NCBI GenBank assembly: GCA_037481835.1
Contig: JBBFKW010000013.1
Location: 64,001 to 128,000, forward strand
Direction of reading: 5' to 3'
From: Desulfosoma sp.
Lineage (GTDB): Bacteria; Desulfobacterota; Syntrophobacteria; Syntrophobacterales; DSM-9756
DNA: 64,000 nt
The notes under the pieces are model-generated. The model was not told the origin of the DNA and searched no databases. It saw only the letters and a program-made list of their open reading frames with translations. Positions 50,081-58,936 of this stretch are shown here, piece by piece (positions within the stretch are counted from its first letter, which is position 1; each line of letters opens with the position of its first letter). Position numbers and translations under genes: made by a program.

Positions 50081-52321
50081 CTAGTCGCTGTAATGAAACG
50101 AAACCACACGGGCGAGCCACGGCACCCAGCCGGGATTGATGTCCAATCCCCACCGCCGGATAGCCGCATCCGCCTGTTCGAGACGAAAAAACACGTCCAC
50201 ATGGGTGGGACTCAGGACCACCCGGGCGGGCCGAAACACAAGCCGCCGCAGGGTCCATCCGACTCGACGGTGGAGAAACAAGGCGACGATGCACCGCACG
50301 GCCCTGAAGAAGCCTTCGAGGAGGGGCGTGAGGGGAATGTTCGGGACGTGTGCGCATTCGTCATCGGACCTGGCCGACAGGTCGTGTGATAGCCCGAAAA
50401 CCAAGCGGCCCGTGCGATCGGCCAGAACGAAGGAACCCCTTTGGGTCCGAAAGGTTTGGAACCCCAGCCGCCTCATTGTCTGCGCTCGTTCCGTCAGGAG
50501 ATCCACCCACGGCTCCGGGGGATGGAAGGAAAAATCGTCTGGAAGATCTTCCCCAAGGCATGAACCGCTGGGGACCAACGCCCAATGGGGATCGTCATGG
50601 GGAAGGGGAAGAATTCGGCCCAAGAACCCGAGAAGGCACTCGCCCACGGCATGCCCTGATGGAAGGGGCCAGTCGAGGGAATCCTTCAGGCCGAGGAGCT
50701 CGAAAAGTCCGAGGAGGAAAAGGAAACCGCCGCAGGGGCTCCGGAGTCCCCCAAGAGACGGGAGGATGTCTCGAGATTTTGCACCGTCTTGGACAAAGAT
50801 CCTGTCGTGAAATGCCGCGGCGGCAAAAACACGCTCCCGTGCCGGCGAAGATCTCAAGGTCGGAGGGTGCGCCGGGGGGGCTTCGCCAGGGTGATGCCCA
50901 GCTCCCTGAATGTCTCGGGGATGGATTGGCGGAGGTCCTGCGACGCTCGGGGGCCGAGGAAAAAGCCCTTGCTGTGGGTCGGTGCCTTGAGTTCCGGCTC
51001 CCTTTGAGGGCGAAGCCTTGAGGCTGTGTTCCATGGGAATAAAGCCCTCTTCCGTCGTCGTGTCAGCGGTGGATCCATGGGGATCGGTGTGTTCAAAAAG
51101 ATCTTCGGTCTTGAGAAAACCCTCCTCGGCCTGGGAGACGGCGGGCAGAAGGGGGGCTTCTTTTCGGAGCCTGCCAATGCCGGGGGCGGCGTAGGTTTTC
51201 CTTTCCGCTTGTTTTCTTTGGAGGGCTCGGGTCCTCATTGGAGATGCGCGATCGGCCCCTATTACCGGGATGGGCGCCCCGGGTTGGGAAAAAGACGGCG
51301 CTCCCGGACCGTCCCAGTGTCCGTTTTGAGCCCCGTGGCCACAAGGCTGCGCCGTCATCGTAACGGGCGGGTGATTGTGCTCGTTCGGGGGCGGAACCTG
51401 GTTGTTGGCCTTGTCCGGTAAAGGGCTTTTCGCAGGGAAGAGAGCCGGATCGGAAACTTCCGGCCTTTCCAAAAGAAAATCCTTCCATGATCCTTTCCGT
51501 GGCCGAAAAGCCGGGCCGTGCGGCGCGCCGTGATCGCTTGTCGCCCGCGGAGACAAGCTCTGGCGCTCGAACACGTTTTTTCGATGGGACGGGTGGCGAA
51601 GCCATAAGAGCAGCGCAAGGAGCCACAGGGTTCTCGGATCCCTAACACCCCACCGGCCGATTCGGCTTTGGATGCACCGGCGTAGACTTTCGTCCAGACC
51701 CATGAGGAAACCCGCCAGGGTGGAACCTTTCGAGAACTGAAGGCTTTGCAGTTCCGGAGGATCTTGGAAACCGAAGAGGCCGAGCAGTTCCCGGCCGTCC
51801 TCGATTGACAAGGCGTCCAAGAGGCATTCCAGGCGATGGGCGGCGAGAAGAACCGCCAAGACACGGCCCATGGCGGCCTGCGGAAGGGAGCAGCGGCCCG
51901 CCGTTTTCATGAGCCGGGGGAGTTCGTGGGTGCCGTATCCCCCGTTCCAATCCGGCACGGCCCCTTTCCAGAACCACTCCCGGGGAACCCGACCTCGGGC
52001 CAGTTGCAGGGCGAGGAAAGCCATGGGTTCCAGGGCATCTTGGAACCATACGACAGGAGATCGGGCGGCATCGGGGGAAGTCGCCGCAACGGCCTGCGCG
52101 GCCAAGAGCCGACCGGTTTCGTCCAGCTGCTGCGCCGTGGCGAGAAACCCTAAAGGCCCTTCGGGAAAACGGAGCCTCAAGGATCGCACAATCACCAGGG
52201 CGTTCGGGGGGATGCCGGGGAAAGACGCCGTGCGCAAGGCGTTTTCCACGCCGTGCACGATTCGAGACACGGCGGCCAATCGGGATCCCCGCACAGTGAG
52301 TTTCCGAATCCGGCAGTCCAT
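50081..52321 (-). CDS. Putative eCIS tape-measure-like protein (Afp14/CIS_TMP-like)
   Basis: C-terminal GGFLFLL...RPARV...GLDINPGWVPWL resembles eCIS proteins found before the ATPase; Pro-rich middle. Family assignment from memory. Confidence 0.6.
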   Translation of the reverse strand: MDCRIRKLTVRGSRLAAVSRIVHGVENALRTASFPGIPPNALVIVRSLRLRFPEGPLGFLATAQQLDETGRLLAAQAVAATSPDAARSPVVWFQDALEPMAFLALQLARGRVPREWFWKGAVPDWNGGYGTHELPRLMKTAGRCSLPQAAMGRVLAVLLAAHRLECLLDALSIEDGRELLGLFGFQDPPELQSLQFSKGSTLAGFLMGLDESLRRCIQSRIGRWGVRDPRTLWLLALLLWLRHPSHRKNVFERQSLSPRATSDHGAPHGPAFRPRKGSWKDFLLERPEVSDPALFPAKSPLPDKANNQVPPPNEHNHPPVTMTAQPCGHGAQNGHWDGPGAPSFSQPGAPIPVIGADRASPMRTRALQRKQAERKTYAAPGIGRLRKEAPLLPAVSQAEEGFLKTEDLFEHTDPHGSTADTTTEEGFIPMEHSLKASPSKGAGTQGTDPQQGLFPRPPSVAGPPPIHPRDIQGAGHHPGEAPPAHPPTLRSSPARERVFAAAAFHDRIFVQDGAKSRDILPSLGGLRSPCGGFLFLLGLFELLGLKDSLDWPLPSGHAVGECLLGFLGRILPLPHDDPHWALVPSGSCLGEDLPDDFSFHPPEPWVDLLTERAQTMRRLGFQTFRTQRGSFVLADRTGRLVFGLSHDLSARSDDECAHVPNIPLTPLLEGFFRAVRCIVALFLHRRVGWTLRRLVFRPARVVLSPTHVDVFFRLEQADAAIRRWGLDINPGWVPWLARVVSFHYSD

Positions 52322-52394
52322 GGCAAACCGCCTGAAAAATCTTAGGGATATCTGTCAATCAAGGCGGAACCCCGCCTGACGCATGTCCCGCGGG

Positions 52395-55300
52395 CTATAG
52401 GATTCGGGCCTTGGCGCCGGCGGACACGGCGAAGGTCGGGGTGTCGCTTCCAGTGACCTTCACTCGCACTTCAAGACCGCTCATATCGTCCACGATCCCG
52501 CGAATGGTTCCGCCGGCAGACGTTTCGACGGACACCTGCATGCCGAGACGCACCTGTCCCTTATCGATCACCAGGGTCAGGCGATCGCCGACGCGCCCTG
52601 TTGCGGCGACGGGGGCGTGTCCTGAAACGATTTGCCCCACCGGGGCATGGGCGGCCAAGAGCAGGGCCACGCGCACCACATCGTTCATAAAGGCCAGGGC
52701 CTCGGGGATGAGGGCGTTGGTTTTGGAGAAGAGCCAATCCACGAAGCTTTGCAGGTCCCGGCGCAATTCCAGGGACAGTTCTCCCCAGCGGGACAGGACG
52801 CTCAGCTGCCGTAAATCCGACGGGGCGTCGAATTGGCTGATCTTTTGAGCCCACAGAAGACGCACAGCCGGGGGCACCCGGCCTGTTCGAGCGTAGAGGC
52901 AGGTCGCCACGTCCTCCATGGATGCCACTTCCTGGGCGGCCGCTCGAGCCGTTTGGGAGCGCCCTAACGCGCCACCCAGCAGATCGTTGACCGACAGGGT
53001 GTGTTCGGCCTGTTCCCTGAGTTCTTTGAAGGACAAACGGTCTAAGGCCTCGAGGTCCAATGCCGCCTTGTTTTCCCAGCGGATCTGGGCGGCTTTGTCG
53101 TAGGCCGTCGTCACGTGGTGGGCCGCCGCCGTCACATCGGCTTTCCACACCGTTGAGGGGACCGCCGCGTGCGACACCGCTTTGGCGTCGTCCGAAGCGA
53201 TGCCGGCCGCCTTTTTGGCCGAGACGAAAAGGTCCCGGATCTTTTCGGGGCGGTTCAAATCGCCCAAGAGCTTTTGCAGAGCGGGGAACCAGGCAAGGGG
53301 CATGGCGCGCAGGTGGCGAAACATGGTTTCCAAGTCGTCCGGAGCTTCTTGGTCGCCTCCAAGGCACGCCGGGATCGCGGGAACCCACACGGAGCCCAGT
53401 TTGAGGCGGGGCTTGCCGTCCCGGGTGATGGAAGCGCGTCGGGGACGGGCATAGACGATGAACGGCACGTGGTGCTTGAGGATTTCCAGGCGACGGCTGT
53501 TGATATCCGCCACTCGCACGTTTTCTTCCTCCAAAAGCCATCGGGCCGTGACGAGATCATGGCGTTTTTCCGCCAGGGCATCGTCGACGGCTTTGAGGGC
53601 CTGGGCCCATTCCTGCGCGATGTCTTGGAGGGTTTTCAGGCATTGGACGCACTGTTCCCGAACCGCCTGGTAGTCCAAGATCCGCATTTCTATGCGCCGA
53701 AGGATACCCACGGCACTTTCCAGCGCCGTGACCCCGGCGGCCAGAAACGCAGGTTCGTCTGGCGAATCCGGGTCCGGGTCGAAGACTCCTGAAACGATCA
53801 AGAAGGGCAAGGATGTATCGCCCAACCGGACATTGCGGTGAGCCAGCAGAACGGGAAAAGCCTCCCCCAGGGCCTCCTGATCCTGGGCACTAAGTCCTTT
53901 CAAGCGCACAAGGATGTAAGAACCGTGGGATTCGATCCGCTTTTGCAGGCGTTCCACGGCGTTTGGGTACTTTTCCCTGAAGCGGTCGAATTCGGCGCGG
54001 GGGAACACAGCCGTGCTTGCGTCGGATACGGGAACTTCAACGTCCGAGAGCTCAATGGGGATTTCTTGGATGCGATGGACGATATCGGCCTTGGTGGCTA
54101 CGGCATAATTTTTTGCCTCCGGGGCCAAGGGGTCGGCGATCCTTTCGGCCACCGTGGTGGTGCGAAAATCCGGCACCTTGCCCACAATGGGGTTTTTCAA
54201 CTGCACGTCTTCCCGGGTCGCCCCCGCTTCGATGGACACGCTGTCCCTGAAGAGATCGAGAGCTTTGCGGGAGGTCACAGCGGTTTGGGCGGCACGGGAC
54301 ACCGGGTCCTCTCGAAATCCTGTCCCTTCCGCGCCGCTCAAGGCCGCCCTCGGAGACGCCGCCGACCTTGGGGAGGGTTCCGGGGATTGCGGCAATTTCA
54401 TCTTTTCAAAAAACGTCTTGAGGTGCTGTTCCGTCGCGTAACTCGTTTCCCCTCTGGCGATGTCGGCGAGAATCGGGCTTGTGGCGAGTCTTGTCGCCTT
54501 TTCATCTCCCAGCAGAACTTGGCGCATGCGGTAGATATCCGTTTGCACCTTGAGGAACCCCAGGTCCACGGCATCGTTGCTGCGCTGGATTCCTTGGTCC
54601 AAGCCTTCGATGAAGGCGGCCAGATCCCGGTACTCGGGATCGTCCACCGATCCCGTTTTCAGTCGAGCCAGAGCCTGTGTTTCCGCAGGGGTCAAGGAGT
54701 AGGGCTTGAGGGTTTTATCCACGAGAACCCTCAATGCCTGGAGGGTTCTGTTCTTGTAGACGTCCCTGAGCATGGCCTCGGAAAGGACCGTTTCGCCGAC
54801 TTGCGCGTCCGGGTCGGGATCTGGATAGACGGGAATCGCCCCCCTTTGGAAAGATCCGACGACGATAGGCGCTTGGTCTCGAAGATCGCTCCGGCGCCCC
54901 AAAAGCACACCGATTTCTTGCAGCAGGGCGTCGATGGTGCGCTGCAGGGAGGGGTCCGCCTGTTCCTTGACCAAGAGCTTGGGATCGTAGTGCTGTTGCG
55001 CAACGGGCAGATACAGCATGAGGGCGTCGGCCGTGTCCAGGTCCACGGGCTTTAAGGATGCCGCGGCTTCCACGACCCACTCCACCTGTTCCATCGGAAT
55101 CGGCGTCGCTTCCAATCGATAGGAACCGGGAAAGAAATCGCAGCGTCGGGTCTGGGCATCCAAGACGCTTATGGGCACGATCCCGACAGGCGGCAAGTAG
55201 CGCACATGGTTCGACACCTCAGTCAGAGCACACCCTGAAGCCAAAAGATCCCTAAGATGATCGTGGAGTTGTTCTATCCGGGCCTGCCACAAAAAGGGCG

Positions 55301-56150
55301 TGCCCCGGCTTGGGAAAAGGGGCGGTTTCGGCCTCGGGGCGCCGCCTCGGCGCACCACGCTCCATCGGTCCACAAACAGGACGGTTCCGTCCCGGGCCAC
55401 GTGCATCAACGCGATGGGAAGGCCCAGCTCGTCCCAGGGGAACACGCCATCGGCTCCCGAGAATGCGGCTTCGTGGGAAAAGATCCGATAGGCCAGGGCG
55501 TTTCGGAATCGAGATCCGGCTGCGGGAAGCCGCCCCAGAGCCGTCGGCCAGGGCATCCACACCACGCGGCATCCGTCCACGCGACGATAGTCCTCGTAGG
55601 CCTCTTCAGCCGGATCCAGGGCGCAGGGGTCCAGTTCATCGGGCATGCCGGGAATTTCTCCAGAAATGGGCTGCAAAATGACAATCCCCACCCCTTGAGG
55701 CGGCGTGGCTTCTTTGCTCATCACGGCATCGTAGGAAGGGATTTCATCCACAAGGATCTTGAGAAGGCGGGGGACGACCACATCCTCCCCGTTGGCGCAT
55801 AAGCCTCGACCCGGAGAAATGGTGAGGCCATATCGTCGGCGAGGAGCACGGGTCACTTCCGTGGTCGAAGAGGCTTCCGAGCCGCCTCCCTCGGGACCTT
55901 CGGCTTGCGGGACAGGTTCGAGCCCCACTTCAAGGCCGAAAACCACGCCGGCAGACCGTTCCATGCCTGTCAGGGCCAGGTGCCGCATGCGGTGTGTGGC
56001 TTCCAAATCCAGGCTGCTTCGGGTGAGGGTCCTTCCGGGATAGTGGTTCAAACGGCGAAGGAAAGCGTCGCTCACCCGTGCCGCCGGGGCGGGTTCGACG
56101 GCCACGGCGCGTTCTCTGGCAACCCGCTGGAAAGACGGGGCGATTTTCAT
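52395..56150 (-). CDS. Large eCIS-associated protein (1251 aa) with shared N-terminal module and coiled-coil-like region
   Basis: RLNHYPGRTLT...GVVFGLEV...ISPGRG; start overlaps the upstream stop. Confidence 0.75.
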   Translation of the reverse strand: MKIAPSFQRVARERAVAVEPAPAARVSDAFLRRLNHYPGRTLTRSSLDLEATHRMRHLALTGMERSAGVVFGLEVGLEPVPQAEGPEGGGSEASSTTEVTRAPRRRYGLTISPGRGLCANGEDVVVPRLLKILVDEIPSYDAVMSKEATPPQGVGIVILQPISGEIPGMPDELDPCALDPAEEAYEDYRRVDGCRVVWMPWPTALGRLPAAGSRFRNALAYRIFSHEAAFSGADGVFPWDELGLPIALMHVARDGTVLFVDRWSVVRRGGAPRPKPPLFPSRGTPFLWQARIEQLHDHLRDLLASGCALTEVSNHVRYLPPVGIVPISVLDAQTRRCDFFPGSYRLEATPIPMEQVEWVVEAAASLKPVDLDTADALMLYLPVAQQHYDPKLLVKEQADPSLQRTIDALLQEIGVLLGRRSDLRDQAPIVVGSFQRGAIPVYPDPDPDAQVGETVLSEAMLRDVYKNRTLQALRVLVDKTLKPYSLTPAETQALARLKTGSVDDPEYRDLAAFIEGLDQGIQRSNDAVDLGFLKVQTDIYRMRQVLLGDEKATRLATSPILADIARGETSYATEQHLKTFFEKMKLPQSPEPSPRSAASPRAALSGAEGTGFREDPVSRAAQTAVTSRKALDLFRDSVSIEAGATREDVQLKNPIVGKVPDFRTTTVAERIADPLAPEAKNYAVATKADIVHRIQEIPIELSDVEVPVSDASTAVFPRAEFDRFREKYPNAVERLQKRIESHGSYILVRLKGLSAQDQEALGEAFPVLLAHRNVRLGDTSLPFLIVSGVFDPDPDSPDEPAFLAAGVTALESAVGILRRIEMRILDYQAVREQCVQCLKTLQDIAQEWAQALKAVDDALAEKRHDLVTARWLLEEENVRVADINSRRLEILKHHVPFIVYARPRRASITRDGKPRLKLGSVWVPAIPACLGGDQEAPDDLETMFRHLRAMPLAWFPALQKLLGDLNRPEKIRDLFVSAKKAAGIASDDAKAVSHAAVPSTVWKADVTAAAHHVTTAYDKAAQIRWENKAALDLEALDRLSFKELREQAEHTLSVNDLLGGALGRSQTARAAAQEVASMEDVATCLYARTGRVPPAVRLLWAQKISQFDAPSDLRQLSVLSRWGELSLELRRDLQSFVDWLFSKTNALIPEALAFMNDVVRVALLLAAHAPVGQIVSGHAPVAATGRVGDRLTLVIDKGQVRLGMQVSVETSAGGTIRGIVDDMSGLEVRVKVTGSDTPTFAVSAGAKARIL

Positions 56151-58042
56151 GATTCCACGCTCCTCATGACCTTTCGAACATATTCTGCGATGGCTTGGGG
56201 CTTCACGGCCGTGTCGACGACCATCCGTGTGAGCTCTCTCATGAACTTTTCTTGTTCCTCAGGTTTGAGACGCCGCATGAGCTGGTCAATTTCGGGGACG
56301 ACCTGAGCCTCGGCCAGTTTCTTTCGAATGCCGTCATTTCTTCGCCGGGCCTCCGGATCCACCGAGCCGTCAGGACGGGTTTCGGGTTCCAGAAGAGTTT
56401 CCTCCACCAACCGAAGACCTTCCCCCAAATTTTCGTCGTCGTAGCGTCTCATGATTTCCCGTGCCGCGCCTGCATCGAGCCTTTTCACCTGTTCCAGTTC
56501 TCGAACAACGGCTTTCAGGAGGGTTTCAGATTCCCGGAATTTGCGGGATGTGAGCAGGCTTGCCATGACCAGGTCCGCTTCCGCACTGGCCCGCACCTTG
56601 AGCCGCGTGTATTTGTCGGCCAGTCCCTTTTCCTTGAGGTAGGCGCGCATGGCGCGTTCGTCCCGAAACTCGTCGGCCAGCACCGGCACCTTGGCGCCGA
56701 CCACATCATCGCGGTAGTTGAGGTTTCTGCGGCGCACGTACCACAGCACCGACTGCTGGGCGATCAAGGAGGCCCATCGGGATCCGGCCGTGAGAGAGAC
56801 GGCCGCCGGGGTTTCTGTCGTTCGGGTCGTTTCGTGCAGCAGGGCCAGGTACGAGGCTCGGCTTTTCCGGGCCGTATTCGCGGAAGGCAATGGGGTTTCC
56901 AGGGTTTCCAGTTCGGCGGCGGCCTGCCGGAACTTGTTTCTCGGCAAGGGAATGCAAACCAAGACGGATGTGGCCGCCAGAGCTTCTTCGGGAGCCGTGA
57001 GGTCAATGGGCGGCAGGAGGAAACTTTCTTCAACAAGGCATGGGAGTTCGTCTTCCGGAATAATGGACAGATCGACCTGGACCGCCGGGGGAAAGAAGGT
57101 TTGAGTCAAGGTTTTGGCGTCGAGCGCGGCTGCAGGAAGGAGTCCCGCGGGAGGGAGGGATAGGAAATGATCGGAAGCCGCAAAAGCAGCCGGTTGCCCT
57201 GCCGAACGGCGCGCATCCGCGATGTCTTGGAACATCCGGCGGGCCTGTTGGAAATGGGCCGCACGAACAGGCCGCGGGGCCATGCCGAGGCCGAGGACAT
57301 CGCTTTCGGCCGATCCCATGTCTTGGCGAACCATGGGGACGTCTACCCATCGGACGAAACCTCGGTCCAGTTCCACCATGGCCAGGGGCAGTGCAGACGG
57401 GGGCGCGGCATAGCCGGTGCCTTTGACGAAAATATCGTGAGCGGCGGCCGCGCGGCGCAGCGCGGGATTTTCCGTGTTTTCACCGACATCGTAAGGGATC
57501 AGCGTCAAAAGGACCGCTTCCACGATCTCTCCGTCTTCAACCCGGCGCTCTTCGCCCAACCGTGTGGGGTAGGCCCCCGTGGGGTTGGCCGTAAATTCCA
57601 CGGCTCGGGCGGCAAGCACAAAGAGTCCGCTCAAGGTGCGCCAAGGGGGTGCTGGAGTTTTGGAGAACCCCAGCATGCGGTTGATGTGGTCCAGGGAGGG
57701 GAGGTTTCCCAGGTCCACATCCACGTCCTGGGCCAAGACGATCCGCTCCCCTCCGGACGCAATCCCGAAGCCCTTTTCCACGCGGAGGTTTGTCGCCTTG
57801 GATCCCGGGTAAACCCAAAGGCCGCGCACGACTCCGTACCCGACGGCTCCCGAGAGGTCCGCCTGGCGTGTCATGAAGTAGGTTTGCTCCCGTTGGAGAT
57901 CCCGGGCCGTGAGGAAGCGGCCGTCGAACCACAGCGGGCGGGTTCTACGGGTGTCCGCCACGAGAAGCCCGGCATCGGACAGCTGCTTCAATGTCTGCCC
58001 GTCCACGGGCACGCGTCCCAGTCTCGTCACCCAATCTGCCAT
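56147..58042 (-). CDS. eCIS-associated protein (631 aa) with shared N-terminal module
   Basis: RPLWFDGRFLTARDLQREQTY...GVVRGLWV...VEKGFG. Confidence 0.78.
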   Translation of the reverse strand: MADWVTRLGRVPVDGQTLKQLSDAGLLVADTRRTRPLWFDGRFLTARDLQREQTYFMTRQADLSGAVGYGVVRGLWVYPGSKATNLRVEKGFGIASGGERIVLAQDVDVDLGNLPSLDHINRMLGFSKTPAPPWRTLSGLFVLAARAVEFTANPTGAYPTRLGEERRVEDGEIVEAVLLTLIPYDVGENTENPALRRAAAAHDIFVKGTGYAAPPSALPLAMVELDRGFVRWVDVPMVRQDMGSAESDVLGLGMAPRPVRAAHFQQARRMFQDIADARRSAGQPAAFAASDHFLSLPPAGLLPAAALDAKTLTQTFFPPAVQVDLSIIPEDELPCLVEESFLLPPIDLTAPEEALAATSVLVCIPLPRNKFRQAAAELETLETPLPSANTARKSRASYLALLHETTRTTETPAAVSLTAGSRWASLIAQQSVLWYVRRRNLNYRDDVVGAKVPVLADEFRDERAMRAYLKEKGLADKYTRLKVRASAEADLVMASLLTSRKFRESETLLKAVVRELEQVKRLDAGAAREIMRRYDDENLGEGLRLVEETLLEPETRPDGSVDPEARRRNDGIRKKLAEAQVVPEIDQLMRRLKPEEQEKFMRELTRMVVDTAVKPQAIAEYVRKVMRSVES

Positions 58043-58048
58043 GGCGCT

Positions 58049-58936
58049 TTACCTCATTGAGCCGGTCAACCAGACCAGCTCGGCTGTGGAAAAGGAAAAC
58101 AGGCGAAGGTCGTTGAAAACCTCCACATCCCGGGACGTGTCCCGGACCACCGGTGGCCCCGGATGGGCCGGGATGACCACCCGCGCGAGGAAAAGCTCCG
58201 TCCCGTCTTGGTCCGGTGTGTGTTCGGGAAGACGGCGCAGCCGGGAGCCTCCATTGTCCCACAGGGTGGCTTCCGTCCAGGCTTCCCGTAGCTTGTAATC
58301 CACGATCCGTTGGCGCCGTTCGGCCGGGTCGGGGATGGCGTCCAGAGAAGGAAAGGGCCTTTGGGGAACGGCAGGGTCGGCTTCTTCCCGGAGGACAAGA
58401 CTCAGTCGGGTGCCGTCTCGGATGCGGGACGGCGCCACCCCGTCCAATTGATCCAGATCGCCCGTGGCGAAAGCCGGTCGAGTGCCGTGGAGGCAACAGA
58501 CGGCGGCGATGAAGACATCGGCCCACACGCCCGCCGGGAAATCTTCGGTCCCCTCGTGATAGGCGTTGGACAGTTTGTCCCGCCCGACGGCATCCGCCGC
58601 CTGTTGGTCGAACCACAAGCCCAGGCGCAGGCACAAGGGACGGCGCACCTCAATGAACCGTCCCAAACGGTCCAGGGCCAACCCGGGCGTCACCACAAGT
58701 TGTTCAGGATGCTCGCCTTCCGGCGGCGCGACGCGAGCCTGCCGGGCAGGAACCCATTGGACTTCAAGACCGGCGACGGTGCCCGAACCGTGAAGGGAGG
58801 CGGCAAGGCGTGCGAGTCGACTGCGATGATAGGTCTGCTCGTCCTGAAAATCTTCCGCGTCCAGCAGCATGCCCGTGGCGTAATAAAGCCGATCCGGCAC
58901 CACGGGGCGGATCAAAGGATCGTCCGTGCGGCTCAT
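58049..58936 (-). CDS. eCIS-associated protein (295 aa) with shared N-terminal module
   Basis: RLYYATGMLLDAEDFQDEQTYH...GTVAGLEV...VTPGLALD. Confidence 0.8.
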   Translation of the reverse strand: MSRTDDPLIRPVVPDRLYYATGMLLDAEDFQDEQTYHRSRLARLAASLHGSGTVAGLEVQWVPARQARVAPPEGEHPEQLVVTPGLALDRLGRFIEVRRPLCLRLGLWFDQQAADAVGRDKLSNAYHEGTEDFPAGVWADVFIAAVCCLHGTRPAFATGDLDQLDGVAPSRIRDGTRLSLVLREEADPAVPQRPFPSLDAIPDPAERRQRIVDYKLREAWTEATLWDNGGSRLRRLPEHTPDQDGTELFLARVVIPAHPGPPVVRDTSRDVEVFNDLRLFSFSTAELVWLTGSMR

